Source of the DNA: Flavobacteriales bacterium
GTDB lineage: Bacteria; Bacteroidota; Bacteroidia; Flavobacteriales_F; PHOS-HE28
Assembly: GCA_041747675.1 (NCBI GenBank)
Contig: JBGTES010000027.1
Coordinates: 15,088-79,087 of the forward strand
Direction: 5' to 3'
DNA length: 64,000 bases
Shown here: positions 27,721-38,072 of the stretch, piece after piece
How the letters are laid out: each line of letters opens with the position of its first letter
How positions within the stretch are numbered: the first letter of the stretch is position 1
Made by a program: the position numbers and the translations under genes
Notes under the pieces: model-generated
The model's input: the letters and a program-made list of their open reading frames with translations, nothing else
Database searches by the model: none
Told to the model about the DNA's origin: nothing

Positions 27721-30700
27721 TCAGCGGCCCAGTTCCTCCAACAACAAATTCACTGCCGCCTCGAGCTGCTGGTCGCGCCCCTTGCTCACCAGTGCCGGTT
27801 CGTTGGGTTGCCGCACGTCCGGCTGGAGTTCGGTATTCTCCATGAAGTTGCCCTCGTTGTCGATCATGCCCACCTGCGGGATGCCGAAGTACATGCCGTT
27901 CTGCAGACCTTCCCACCACACCGCGGTGCCAGTGCCCGCCACGGGCATGCCCACCAGCTTGCCCACGCCCAGGGCCCGGTAGGTCACGGGGAAGAGGTGC
28001 GCATCGCTGTAATTGCTCTCGCTCATCACCACGGCACTGGGGCGTTTCCACTTGAACTGCGGTTCATCGCCGAGATGCTGACCGCGCGGTTCGATGCGCA
28101 TGTACAGCCGCCCCCCGAGGAACGTGGCCAGGTCATCATGCAGCCAGCCGCCACCGTTGAAGCGCGTATCCACCACCAGTGCTTCCTTGTCGTGATGCTT
28201 GCCCAGGGCATCTTCATACACCTTGCGGTAACTGCCGTCGTTCATGCCGCGCACATGTACATATCCGATGCGACCGCCGCTCAGGCTGTCCACCAGGAAC
28301 TCGCAGCGCTCCACCCAACGTTGGTAGAGGAGTTGTCCTTCCTCGCCGCGTGTGATAGGCTTCACGGTCTCAACCCATCGTTGCCCGCTCCTGGGGTCGC
28401 GCAGGCTCAATAGTGTGGGCTTGCCAGCTTTCCGGTTCAGCAGGCGTTCCGCGACCATGTCCCCGGCGATGTCCACACCGTCGATCTTCTCGATGACCAC
28501 GCCCGCCTTGATGCGCGAGCCTTCTTTCACGGAGGGTCCCTGCTTCATCACCTCGGTGATCAACAGGCCATCACCCTGATGCCTGTCGTCAAAGAACAGC
28601 CCGAGAGAAGCGGTCGCATCGCCCACGGGATCACTCTTGCGGTAGCCCGATCCGGTATGCGAAGCATTGAGTTCTCCGAGCATCTCGCTGAGGAGTTCGG
28701 CGAAGTCGTTGTTGTTGTCCAGATGCGGCAGCATCCGTGCATACTCGGCTTTGTAGAAGTCCCAGTCCACGCCGTGCAGCTTGGGGTCGTAGAATTTCTT
28801 TTGCACCTGGCGCCACACGTGTTCGAATAGGTACGCGCGCTCGGCTGCCTCGTTCAGCGTCATCTCTCCGTTGATGGACACGCCCTTCGCCTCGTTCTTG
28901 TCCAGGTCGTAACGCTGGATGCCGCCGTCCTTCATGTAGAAGAGGTTCTTCCCTTCCTTGTCCAACACCAGCCCGCCCGCACTGCTGGCGCCCAGCTTGG
29001 ACAGGACCTTGGTCTCCTTGGTGCGCAGCTCGGTCTGCCACAGGTCGAAGCCCTTTTCGAAGCGGGTCAGGTAGTAGAGTTTCTCGCCGTCCTTGCTCAA
29101 CACCGCACCGGCCAGGCTGCTGCTGTGGATGGTCAGGCGCACACGCCGGTCCTCAATGCGGTCCAGTTCGATCTTCAATGGCTCCACCTTGTCCTCGTCA
29201 TCCTTCTTCCCCTTGCCATCCTTCTTGTCCTTGTCCTTCTTATCTCCCTTCTCTTCCTCTTCCTTCTCCTTCTCCGCGTCCTTCAGCAACTCGAACTCCT
29301 CCTTGTTCAGCTTGAAACGATCGAATGCTTCCTGCGTGAAGAACGTGGCGTAGGCGTCCATCTGCCCGCCCCAGCTGGCGTGGTTCTTCATGCCGTCGCG
29401 GCTGCTGTATGTCAGCATCAACTTGCCATCCATGGCCCACTGCGGCCGGTTGTGGCCATAGCCGCTTTTGCTCAGGTCGATCACTTCACCGCTTCCATCG
29501 GCCTTCACCAGGCCGCTTTGGGGGATCCACTGCGAGGGGTTGAGGAACTGGGTCAGCAGCCACCTGCCATCCGGCCCCCAGGCGAAATGCTGGTCGCCGT
29601 CGGCATAGCTGTAATTGCGGTCGCCGGGCAGCACGGTGCGGCTTTTCTTGTCGGCCACATTGTACACACGTAGCGTGGTGCGCTCCTCCAGGTAGGCCAC
29701 CTCCTTGCCATCGGGGCTCCAGGCCGGTTGGAATTCCTCGGCGGGCGTGGCCAGCAGGGCTTCCTCCTTCAGCACGGTGGCATTGAAGAAGTAGGGCTCC
29801 TCCTTGCGCACGATGGTGGTGGTGTAGAGGTCCCAGCTGCCGTTGCGTTCGGTGGCGTAGAGCAGGGTGCGGCCATCGGGGCTGAAGCTCACACTTCGTT
29901 CCTGTTCCGGTGTGTCGGTGATCCGGCGCGTGGTACCCTCGGCCACGCTGGTCACGAACACCTCGCCGCGATGGATGAAGGCCGTCTCTTTGCCATTCGG
30001 TGATACAGCGAACTCGCTCGCATCCCCATTCACCTTCACGGTGCGCACCGGATTGTGGCGCTGGTCGATGGCGATGCGCACCGTGACCTTGGCCGGCTGC
30101 CCACCTGGTCGCAAGGTGTAAATGGTACCGTGGTGGTTGAAACACAGGGTGCCGTCGCTGCTGATGCTCAGATGCCGGACCGGATGATCCTTGAATGAGG
30201 TGATGGCCGTAATGGCACCTCCGTCCACGGGAACGCTGTGCACATTGTAACTGCCGTTCGCTTCGCTGAGGAAATACACGGTGCGGCCATCCGGGCTGAA
30301 TACCGGATCGCGATCCTCGCCTGCGTAGGTGCTCAGCTGCCGGTACTGTCCGGTGCCCGGGGCGAATGTCCATACATCGCGCGTCACGCTGGAGGTATGG
30401 CGCTTGCGGTGATCGTCCTCGTAGCCCTTCCAGTCGTGGAATGCGATCAGGCTGCCATCGGCGTTGAAGCGTGCGCGTTCCGCCACGGTCCCCATCACGC
30501 GTGTCACCTTGCCTCCGGAGACCGGCACGCTGTACAATTCGCCCAGTCCGGGGCTGGGGAACTGCTGGTCGCGGTGGTCATCCTGCCGGGCTGCCGCGAA
30601 GATCACCGCGCTGCCATCGGGCGTGAAGTCGCTCGGTACCTCACCGGCACTATGGTATGTCAGACGTGTGGCCGCCCCGCCACTGCCGGGCATCACATAC

Positions 30701-30978
30701 ACGTCATCATTGCCGTAGCGGTCGCTGCTGAAGGCGATCGACTTTCCATCGCGGGACCAGACCGGGTTGCCATCGTAGGCCGGGTGGGTGGTAAGCAATA
30801 GTGCCGCACCGCCATTGCTGGGCACCTTCCACAGATCGCCCTGGTAGCAGAACACGATCTCCCGGCCATCAGGCGAGATCGCGGTCTGGCGCAGCCACTG
30901 TGCCTCATCGGCGGTCATTTCCTGGGCGGATGCAAGTCCGGCGTAGAGTATGGCGAGGAGGGAAAGTGAAGTTCGCAT
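27721..30978 (-). CDS. tricorn-like S41 peptidase (PD40 propellers, PDZ, S41 domain)
   Basis: Signal peptide from 30978; multiple 'SPDG' repeats; 'ELNASHTG', 'VDTRFNGGG', 'NYSDAH', 'DQQLEAAV'. Confidence 0.95.
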   Translation of the reverse strand: MRTSLSLLAILYAGLASAQEMTADEAQWLRQTAISPDGREIVFCYQGDLWKVPSNGGAALLLTTHPAYDGNPVWSRDGKSIAFSSDRYGNDDVYVMPGSGGAATRLTYHSAGEVPSDFTPDGSAVIFAAARQDDHRDQQFPSPGLGELYSVPVSGGKVTRVMGTVAERARFNADGSLIAFHDWKGYEDDHRKRHTSSVTRDVWTFAPGTGQYRQLSTYAGEDRDPVFSPDGRTVYFLSEANGSYNVHSVPVDGGAITAITSFKDHPVRHLSISSDGTLCFNHHGTIYTLRPGGQPAKVTVRIAIDQRHNPVRTVKVNGDASEFAVSPNGKETAFIHRGEVFVTSVAEGTTRRITDTPEQERSVSFSPDGRTLLYATERNGSWDLYTTTIVRKEEPYFFNATVLKEEALLATPAEEFQPAWSPDGKEVAYLEERTTLRVYNVADKKSRTVLPGDRNYSYADGDQHFAWGPDGRWLLTQFLNPSQWIPQSGLVKADGSGEVIDLSKSGYGHNRPQWAMDGKLMLTYSSRDGMKNHASWGGQMDAYATFFTQEAFDRFKLNKEEFELLKDAEKEKEEEEKGDKKDKDKKDGKGKKDDEDKVEPLKIELDRIEDRRVRLTIHSSSLAGAVLSKDGEKLYYLTRFEKGFDLWQTELRTKETKVLSKLGASSAGGLVLDKEGKNLFYMKDGGIQRYDLDKNEAKGVSINGEMTLNEAAERAYLFEHVWRQVQKKFYDPKLHGVDWDFYKAEYARMLPHLDNNNDFAELLSEMLGELNASHTGSGYRKSDPVGDATASLGLFFDDRHQGDGLLITEVMKQGPSVKEGSRIKAGVVIEKIDGVDIAGDMVAERLLNRKAGKPTLLSLRDPRSGQRWVETVKPITRGEEGQLLYQRWVERCEFLVDSLSGGRIGYVHVRGMNDGSYRKVYEDALGKHHDKEALVVDTRFNGGGWLHDDLATFLGGRLYMRIEPRGQHLGDEPQFKWKRPSAVVMSESNYSDAHLFPVTYRALGVGKLVGMPVAGTGTAVWWEGLQNGMYFGIPQVGMIDNEGNFMENTELQPDVRQPNEPALVSKGRDQQLEAAVNLLLEELGR

Positions 30979-31111
30979 CGTATGTGTGCTGATGACAGGG
31001 AACGAAAGTAAACGGGCCGGTAGATCCTTGGTCACGTGACGAATGGTTGGCGCTCTGGTGATCCGTGACGTATCGTTGGCGCAGTTCCACAAGACGCATT
31101 AGTTCCACCGC

Positions 31112-31501
31112 ATGCTGTCGCATATTGCCACACAACTGGCCGACATGTTCCTGACCATGGATGGACGCCTGATCGAGGTACCCTATAAGGAGGGGCAGGA
31201 CCTGGATATATCGGGCTTGATGGAGGCCAAATTGCGCCGCGAGGAGCTCACCACGGAACGCTGCGCCATGCTCGCCACTTTCCAGCCCGGCACCCTGGCC
31301 GATCTGAAGGTGATGGAGGTGGGTCATTTCGGCCGCACCAACGCCAATGCGCAGCTGGTGGCGCTGGCGGTCATCACGCAGGACGATCTGGGTACTTCGA
31401 TGGCCGAGATCTACTACACCTACGATCCGCAGACCTTCCCCACACAGGTCTTCCGGAACGAGGATGAAGCCCGGGTGTGGATCGCGGAGCGCCTCGCTTA
31501 A
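31112..31501 (+). CDS. hypothetical protein (STAS/SEC14/SpoIIAA-like)
   Basis: 129 aa; C-terminal 'PTQVFRNEDEARVWI' typical of this fold. Confidence 0.6.
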   Translation: MLSHIATQLADMFLTMDGRLIEVPYKEGQDLDISGLMEAKLRREELTTERCAMLATFQPGTLADLKVMEVGHFGRTNANAQLVALAVITQDDLGTSMAEIYYTYDPQTFPTQVFRNEDEARVWIAERLA

Positions 31502-31533
31502 GCAGGCTTGCTGCCCGGCGCGTAGAAGCTGGA

Positions 31534-31935
31534 CTACTTCTTCTTCCGCGCAGTGCGCGCCTTCATGGGTACCTCCTCCACCTTGCCGTGTCTGGCGCCC
31601 ATCATCCGGCCCCATTTGGCGATCTCCTCCAGCAGCGGCAGCAAGGTGCGGCCTTCCGCGGTGAGTTCATACTCCACACGCGGGGGGACCTCGGCGAAGA
31701 TGGTGCGCTTCACCAGACCGTCATGTTCCAGTTGGCGCAGTTGCAGCGAGAGCATCTTCTCGGTGATGCCCGGGATCTCGCGGTCCAGCTCACTGAAGCG
31801 ACGTGCGCCGCGTCGCAGGTACCACAGCACGATGGTCTTCCACTTGCCGCCGATGTAGTCCATGGTCACATCCAATGCACAGTGGTAGTCCCTGTTGTGC
31901 ATCCGGATCCGGTGTTCCCTGCCGTCGATGAGCAT
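31534..31935 (-). CDS. HxlR family transcriptional regulator
   Basis: 'CALDVTMDYIGGKWKTIVLW', 'ITEKMLSLQLRQLEHDG', 'VPPRVEYELT'. Confidence 0.95.
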   Translation of the reverse strand: MLIDGREHRIRMHNRDYHCALDVTMDYIGGKWKTIVLWYLRRGARRFSELDREIPGITEKMLSLQLRQLEHDGLVKRTIFAEVPPRVEYELTAEGRTLLPLLEEIAKWGRMMGARHGKVEEVPMKARTARKKK

Positions 31936-32094
31936 GTGGTGAAAATTTAACGTTCTGCGTTCTGCCCGTCGTAATGCCAATGCGGTCATCCGTGTACCCT
32001 ACTATCCTTTCCGACAGCTATTGTGGAATGCATAGTGGCCAGTGATCTTTACAGCCAACGGACAAAGGAAAGCGAACATCAAATACCAACGGAC

Positions 32095-32787
32095 ATGAAG
32101 ATCGGCATATTCGGTACAGGGGGCGTGGCAAGGACCATCGCTGCGAAACTGGTGGTTCTTGGGCATGATGTGATGCTCGGCACGCGGGACAGGGCTGCGA
32201 CGCTGGCCCGAACCGAAGGCGGTCCGCCGTCCGGCGGAGGCGCTGCCTTCAAGGATTGGCACAAGGATAACGCGCAGGTGAAGCTGGGCACCCACGCGGA
32301 GGCCGCGGCGCACGGTGAACTGCTCATCAATGCCACGAATGGTGGCGGCAGCATCGAAGCGCTCACGCTCGCCGGTGAAAAGAACCTGGGCACCAAGGTC
32401 CTGCTGGACATCAGCAACCCGCTCGACTTCTCCAGGGGCATGCCGCCCACGTTGTTCGTCTGCAACGACGACTCACTTGGGGAGCGTATCCAGAAGACCT
32501 TCCCCAAGGTGCGTGTGGTGAAGAGCCTCAACACCCTCACGGCAGGTCTGATGGTGGACCCTGCATTGCTACCTGAGCCGACCAACATCTTCCTCAGCGG
32601 GAACGAAGCTGGTGCGAAGGAGGAAGTGCGTGGGGTATTGCGCCAGTTCGGTTGGAAGGATGCGGACATGATCGATCTTGGCGATATCACCACCGCGCGT
32701 GGCAGTGAGCAGATACTGCCGATCTGGATCCGTCTGTGGGGTGCGCTCGGAACGCCGATGTTCAACTTCCGCATCGTGAAGGCATAG
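32095..32787 (+). CDS. NADPH-dependent F420 reductase-like oxidoreductase
   Basis: 'MKIGIFGTGGV', 'LLDISNPL', 'VVKSLNT', 'IDLGDI'; divergent from HxlR. Confidence 0.9.
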   Translation: MKIGIFGTGGVARTIAAKLVVLGHDVMLGTRDRAATLARTEGGPPSGGGAAFKDWHKDNAQVKLGTHAEAAAHGELLINATNGGGSIEALTLAGEKNLGTKVLLDISNPLDFSRGMPPTLFVCNDDSLGERIQKTFPKVRVVKSLNTLTAGLMVDPALLPEPTNIFLSGNEAGAKEEVRGVLRQFGWKDADMIDLGDITTARGSEQILPIWIRLWGALGTPMFNFRIVKA

Positions 32788-32842
32788 GGTGCTGCACCTT
32801 CCACGGGTGACCGGGGTACGGTACCCCTGGGAATGTATGTGT

Positions 32843-32897
32843 GAGAGTAAGAGGGTGCGAGAGTGCAAGAGTCGGACACCCTCGCACGCTTTCACTC
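32843..32897. repeat. 8-mer tandem repeats with inverted copies between convergent genes
   Basis: gagagtaa/gagggtgc/gagagtgc/aagagtcg, then caccctcgcacgctttcactc. Confidence 0.65.
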
Positions 32898-32904
32898 CAT
32901 CTCT

Positions 32905-33252
32905 CTACCCTTTCGGCGGAGCCTGCCTTGTAGGCAGCAACCATTTGGGCGACACGTTGCGCCAGGCCAGGTCCAGTGCATAGCGGAAGGTGCGCTCGTG
33001 GATGTGTGCCATGGAAACGTTGGTCCAGCCATGTCCGCCCCACTTGTTGGGCACGGGCTCGAAGGCATCGGGATGCTCCTCGCCCAAGGTGGCTTGTTGG
33101 TCTAATGTGAGCTTCAACACCGCGCGATGCTCATCGATCCACAGCGTGCAGTAGATCTTCTTCTTCACGCTGAAACTGGGCCGGCCGTGGTGGTCCTTCT
33201 CGGCGGTGCCGGGCATATCCAGGGCCATCTCGCGGGCGGTCTGTGCATCCAT
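32905..33252 (-). CDS. MmcQ/YjbR family protein
   Basis: 'ALDMPGTAEKDHHGRPSFSVKKKIY', 'PNKWGGHGWTNV'. Confidence 0.88.
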   Translation of the reverse strand: MDAQTAREMALDMPGTAEKDHHGRPSFSVKKKIYCTLWIDEHRAVLKLTLDQQATLGEEHPDAFEPVPNKWGGHGWTNVSMAHIHERTFRYALDLAWRNVSPKWLLPTRQAPPKG

Positions 33253-33452
33253 GTGGGGAAGGTAGCGTATGTCTGTCTCGCTTGGTGACACGTACTGCAC
33301 ATCGCGTGGTTGATGCAGCGGAAGCGGCGCGGTCGATACCTGCATGTGGTATCCGTACATTCGCATGTCGTATTTCTTGTGATGCTCCTGGGGTCCTTCC
33401 GTGGGCCCGGCCCATGTGGTCAGCGTTGCAGCCGTATCAACCCTGTAACACC

Positions 33453-33707
33453 ATGCACATGAACATTTTCGTGAGCCGTTTGAGCCAGGCCGTTACTGAG
33501 TTACACCTCGAACTCCTCTTCGGCCATTTCGGTACCGTTGAGAAGGTCACCGTGGTCCGGGATCGGGAGACCGGTGCTTCCAAGCAATTCGGGTTCGTTC
33601 AGATGGAGGATGCTGCAGCGGCTCGCACGGCGATAGATAAACTCAACGGCGCAGCTCTGGAAGGCTCCAAGCTGGTGGTGCGGGAAGCGGAGGACCGTCC
33701 GAACTGA
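33453..33707 (+). CDS. RRM RNA-binding protein
   Basis: RNP2 'NIFVSRL'; RNP1-like 'RDRETGASKQFGFVQM'; start 33453 or 33459. Confidence 0.92.
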   Translation: MHMNIFVSRLSQAVTELHLELLFGHFGTVEKVTVVRDRETGASKQFGFVQMEDAAAARTAIDKLNGAALEGSKLVVREAEDRPN

Positions 33708-33762
33708 ACACCTGCGTGGGACAAGGGGGGTTCGGACCTTGAATGCACCGCTGCCGTAGCGA

Positions 33763-34710
33763 TCACTGTCGGACCACGCGCTGCGCTTTCACCAGCACTC
33801 CATCCATGCTCAGATGTGCGAGGTACATGCCGGCAGGTACCTCCGCGCCATAGCCGCCCATGCGTCCGTCCCACTGCGTGGTGTACCGCCCAGGTACCTG
33901 TTCAGCGGATATGAGCGTGGAGAGGATACGGCCGTTGAGGTCCGTGATGTGAAGTTCCACCCGGGCTTGATGGAATACATTGAAATGGATGCTACACCGG
34001 TCCGTCATGGGATTGGGATGGATCGGCATAAGGTCACCGTCAATGCCGTAGCGGTTCGGTTTGATCCCCACCGATCCGTCCAGTACGATGTCGAATTGGC
34101 CCTCCAACTGGTCCGGCCCAGTGGTGTTGAGCGGAATGATGCGCGCAGCGGCATCGGCCTGCGAGGCCCATGGATCGGCCGCGATGAAGGGGTCGCCTTC
34201 GAAGTACAACTGCGTGATCAATTCCGGGAACCCGGGCTTGTTCACCCGGAAGTGGATGTGCCTGGGCCGGTACTGTGCCCCGTTCAGGTAGGGGCCGGGT
34301 AAGATCGTTTCGAAAGCGTAGTTGCCGTTCGCATCGCTGTACATCGTAGCGCGCAGAATGAAGTCCTGCGAGGTGTCGTACTCGGCCGCGTCGTTGGCCT
34401 GCCACACTTCGATCGAAGCACCTTCGATGGGGGAGATGCAGTCATTGGCCAGCACACTACCATTGATGAAGAGCCGAGTGCCGGGTTCGCCAGGCAATGC
34501 CACCTGGGTGGTGACCGGAGATCCCGGCAGGTAGAACGGACCGAGGATATCGTCCGATGTGGGGTCGCAACCGCCACCCGGCGCTGATGTACCGCCGAAT
34601 AGTGTCCGGGGCAGGAGCAGCGTACCAAGGCCAAAAAGTGATCCGGCCTGGAGGAAGGTGCGGCGACCCAGCAGGGCACCCGATGTGGTCTTGGATCCTT
34701 TGTGCGACAT
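33763..34710 (-). CDS. intradiol ring-cleavage dioxygenase-like protein with Tat signal and T9SS-type C-terminal domain
   Basis: 'GRRTFLQ'; 'LGPFY', 'EVWQAN..EYD', 'PGPY...RPRHIHF', 'TQLYF'; CTD 'IHPNP...WDG...PAGMYL'. Confidence 0.85.
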   Translation of the reverse strand: MSHKGSKTTSGALLGRRTFLQAGSLFGLGTLLLPRTLFGGTSAPGGGCDPTSDDILGPFYLPGSPVTTQVALPGEPGTRLFINGSVLANDCISPIEGASIEVWQANDAAEYDTSQDFILRATMYSDANGNYAFETILPGPYLNGAQYRPRHIHFRVNKPGFPELITQLYFEGDPFIAADPWASQADAAARIIPLNTTGPDQLEGQFDIVLDGSVGIKPNRYGIDGDLMPIHPNPMTDRCSIHFNVFHQARVELHITDLNGRILSTLISAEQVPGRYTTQWDGRMGGYGAEVPAGMYLAHLSMDGVLVKAQRVVRQ

Positions 34711-34713
34711 GGC

Positions 34714-35712
34714 TCAGGGAATGAAGATGCGTTGTACGAATGAACGTCCCTGGCGATCCATCACGCGCGCCAGCAGGACGCCTGCAGCGAGTCCTTCCAC
34801 GGAAACGCTGAGCATGGACGATCCCGTATCGCGCGCCACCAGTAAGCGGCCATCCGGGGACAAAAGGGAAACTTCACCAAGTGGCTGCTGATCGGGTGCC
34901 AGCAGTTGAATGGCACCGCCTTGCAGTGTGATCTGGATGTCGCGCGGCAGATGGACCGGAATGGACTGTGAGATATCGATGCAGGCCTGGTACCAGTTGA
35001 AGGCGAGGTCCAGCGGTGTGCTGTACTGTTGCTGGGATACGTTGGTGCCAATGGAGAACGCGTAGTCGTTGGTGATACCGAGCACATAGCTCTCGTCGAT
35101 CGGGGAGAATGGCGACACTTCCAGTTGGTACTTGCCCGGTGGCAGACAGAGCGTATCAAAGTGCGTGTGCATCACATCGTCCATCGGAAAGGAACCATTG
35201 GCCACCTGCGATCCACTCACCACATCGTTCACCCACCAATACACATCAAAGGCGACCAGGGGCCCGGTGTTCACGAGGTAGATCATGGCCTCCTGGCAAT
35301 CCTCCGGTGGACAGAGGGAGATCTCCGTGAGCGCAAAGTCACAGTGAAGCGTATCGCCGAACAACCCGAAGAGCAGGAGTGTACCATCGAAGGGCATCGT
35401 GGGTAATGTTGCACCGGGAACGATGACCGGGTAATGGGCCTGCTGCCCCATGCCGATCCCGAAGAAGGCGACATCTTCCTTCGCAAGCGTATCCCCCTGC
35501 GTATCCAGCAGGACGAAGGAAGGGTAGGAGAAGATCTCGGTGCTGCCGTTGGTCACCAACACCTCAATGACAGTGGTATCGAAAGGGCTATATGCGATGC
35601 GCTCTATGTACAGTTCATCGCAGGAGGATTGCGCGATGATCGCAGGTCCGATCAGGAAGAAGCAGGCAGACCCCAGGGTTTGCCGTGCGATGTTGTGGGT
35701 CCGGAGTTCCAT
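34714..35712 (-). CDS. secreted hypothetical protein with T9SS-type CTD
   Basis: Signal peptide ending 'AQ'; Cys pairs; C-terminal 'LLSPDGRLL...GLAAGVLLARV...FVQRI'. Confidence 0.75.
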   Translation of the reverse strand: MELRTHNIARQTLGSACFFLIGPAIIAQSSCDELYIERIAYSPFDTTVIEVLVTNGSTEIFSYPSFVLLDTQGDTLAKEDVAFFGIGMGQQAHYPVIVPGATLPTMPFDGTLLLFGLFGDTLHCDFALTEISLCPPEDCQEAMIYLVNTGPLVAFDVYWWVNDVVSGSQVANGSFPMDDVMHTHFDTLCLPPGKYQLEVSPFSPIDESYVLGITNDYAFSIGTNVSQQQYSTPLDLAFNWYQACIDISQSIPVHLPRDIQITLQGGAIQLLAPDQQPLGEVSLLSPDGRLLVARDTGSSMLSVSVEGLAAGVLLARVMDRQGRSFVQRIFIP

Positions 35713-35776
35713 TTGAAGCAGGTTTGTGATCACAAAGCTCCTGCGTGATGGGACCGGTCGCAATGCACGGAAACCG

Positions 35777-36646
35777 TCAACGCTGGTACTTTTCCCGGAT
35801 GTGTTCCCGATAAGCCACCGGGGTCACGCCGGCGGCCTTGTGGAACCAGCGTGTGAAGTAGGCTGGGTCCTTCATGTTCAGCGCGTAGCCCACTTCCTTG
35901 ATGCTTTGATCGGCATAGAGCAGTAGTCGCCTGGCCTCTAAAAAGAGGCGATCATGGATCAGTCCGCTTGCGGTGCGTCCAAGCCGTTCTTTCACCAGTT
36001 CGTTCAGGTGGTCCGGACTCAGGGCCAATGCTTCCGCGTAGTGGGTTACCTGGCGTTGCTCCAGAAAATTGCGCTCCACCATGTCCTGGAAACGTCGCAC
36101 CGGATCGTGGCCTTCGGGCCGTTCATACCCATTTCCAAGCGCCGCTTTCGCCCAATGCGCACACTTGATCAACAGTATCCCGAGGTAGCCTTCCACAACC
36201 TCGGCCAGCGGTCCTTCACTGCGTGAGAGTTCAACTTCCATGGAACGCACCAGCGCCATGGCCTCATCCATTCGCGCCGGGTCCAGGATCACTTCACCGG
36301 GCCGTTGCGCATGTGCGAAGAGTTCGGCGCGTGCCTGGTGGCCCTGCCCCAACCGGGCATCCCCTGCGAACATCACCACAACACCGGACATGTCCGCCGA
36401 GCGGTTCAAATGATGCACTTGCCCGGGTGCCACCAAGTGCATGGATGGTGCACATACCGGGTATTGTTCCAGGTCGATCATGTGTTGACCACTACCCGTG
36501 GCGAAGAAGAAGAGTTCGTGGAAATCGTGCCGGTGCACCCCGTTGTTCACCGGGCCCTTCGCAGGAAGGATGTGTTCCACACGCGTGGGAGACCGAGATG
36601 GCCCGGATAGACGATGGGTGGGAATGGTCCGGCCTTGCACATGCAC
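35777..36646 (-). CDS. AraC family transcriptional regulator
   Basis: Cupin 'HRHDFHELFF...GQHMID'; HTH 'SIKEVGYALNMKDPAYFTRWFHK'. Confidence 0.93.
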   Translation of the reverse strand: MHVQGRTIPTHRLSGPSRSPTRVEHILPAKGPVNNGVHRHDFHELFFFATGSGQHMIDLEQYPVCAPSMHLVAPGQVHHLNRSADMSGVVVMFAGDARLGQGHQARAELFAHAQRPGEVILDPARMDEAMALVRSMEVELSRSEGPLAEVVEGYLGILLIKCAHWAKAALGNGYERPEGHDPVRRFQDMVERNFLEQRQVTHYAEALALSPDHLNELVKERLGRTASGLIHDRLFLEARRLLLYADQSIKEVGYALNMKDPAYFTRWFHKAAGVTPVAYREHIREKYQR

Positions 36647-36696
36647 AAGATGCGCTTAAGCCGACGAACGTTGCTTCGCTCGCGGATCCATGCGGA

Positions 36697-37554
36697 TCAT
36701 GCACCGGCGTTGGAGGGATCACGCATCTCAACTGTCGTGGCCGGGGCATTGAAGCCGGCCTGCCGGAGACCCCGGATCGCATCGCGCATCACCTCGTAGC
36801 GGATCCTGGACTCGCGATATGTCGGGTCGAACACATCCACCCAATAGGTCAGTACCAGTTCCACGGTATCCGGCCCCACCTCGCTGACACCCACCTGGGG
36901 TGCCCAAGGCTCATGTAGTACACCGGGGTTCCCCATGGCGGCAGCCAGCATCAGTGCGGAAGCCTTGTCCATGTCGGCATGATCTTCCACGCGCACCCGC
37001 AGGGCATGGCGCAGGTATCCATCCTCCGTGTAGTTGATCACCGAGTTCTTCACCACGGCGGAGTTGGGGATGTACACATCACGTCCGTCGGAGGTGCGCA
37101 TGTGCGTGGTGCGCAATGCGATCCCCTTCACCCGACCCTTGAATCCATCGAGCTCCACGATATCGCCGGGTTTGAAGGGGCGCTTGAAGGCCAGCAGGAT
37201 ACCAGCCAGGAAATTCTCGCCGATGTCCTTGAAGGCGAATCCCACGATGAACGCACCGATCCCGGCACCGGCCAGCATGCCATTGGCCAGGCTACCCAGC
37301 CCGAGGATCTTCAGTACGAGGCCCACGGCCATCAACAATACGATCCCTTTCGCCACGCGTGCGAGGAAGGCCGACAGGATGTTGTCCTCGCTGCGCCGGT
37401 CAAGGCGTTTGCGAAGAAGACGCCGTACAAGATCGGCGAAGAGGTAGGCCGCGATGAAGAACAACACGGCGAATGCCAGCCGGGGTAACAGCCGCACGAA
37501 CTCCGTGTACATTTCCACCAGTTCGGTCCGCAGGAGCTCCAGGAAGTCGGTCAT
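36697..37554 (-). CDS. MscS family mechanosensitive channel
   Basis: 'GFAFKDIGENFLAGILL...RPFKPGD', 'YIPNS'. Confidence 0.93.
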   Translation of the reverse strand: MTDFLELLRTELVEMYTEFVRLLPRLAFAVLFFIAAYLFADLVRRLLRKRLDRRSEDNILSAFLARVAKGIVLLMAVGLVLKILGLGSLANGMLAGAGIGAFIVGFAFKDIGENFLAGILLAFKRPFKPGDIVELDGFKGRVKGIALRTTHMRTSDGRDVYIPNSAVVKNSVINYTEDGYLRHALRVRVEDHADMDKASALMLAAAMGNPGVLHEPWAPQVGVSEVGPDTVELVLTYWVDVFDPTYRESRIRYEVMRDAIRGLRQAGFNAPATTVEMRDPSNAGA

Positions 37555-37617
37555 CCTGCGAAGCTACGTGTGGCCATGGGCAGGCGGTGCCATACCATCG
37601 ATGCGGAAGGACCGCGA

Positions 37618-38034
37618 TCAGCGTGTGCCACTGATGGCGAGCCTGCCTCCGATCCAGGCCATCGGGAGGTAGGCCAGCGCAAGGTCGGCGACGATGAACC
37701 AGGTAGGGGCGGGGATCATGGTTGCGGCCATGATGCCACCCAGCAGGTTGAATGCCCCGACCCCCATGGCGAAACTCATCTTGTGCGAGGCGGCCAGTTT
37801 CGCGGCAACAAAGGCGCCTACGAGCGCGCCGAACGCATGCGCCAGGAAGGGGAAGAGGAAATGCTTCGCTTCGAAGGCATCGATGTTCGCCCTGATGCTA
37901 TCCATGTTGGAAGGGTCCACACCTGTGGGAGGTGTGATCACGGAACCGCTGACCATGATGATGGCCATATTGACGAGGCTGCCGGCCACGATGCCGGCGA
38001 TGACAGCGAGAATGTTGCGCAGAATGGGATTCAT
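37618..38034 (-). CDS. conserved small membrane protein
   Basis: 'MNPILRNILAVIAG', 'HFLFPFLAHAFG', 'DLALAYLPMAW'. Confidence 0.8.
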   Translation of the reverse strand: MNPILRNILAVIAGIVAGSLVNMAIIMVSGSVITPPTGVDPSNMDSIRANIDAFEAKHFLFPFLAHAFGALVGAFVAAKLAASHKMSFAMGVGAFNLLGGIMAATMIPAPTWFIVADLALAYLPMAWIGGRLAISGTR

Positions 38035-38072
38035 GGTCTTTGGTGTTGGTCGGGAAAGGTAGCTGTCACTCC

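Noticed and set aside
29200-29300. Purine/pyrimidine-skewed low-complexity stretch
   Set aside because: It encodes the K/D/E-rich linker usual in tricorn-like proteases.
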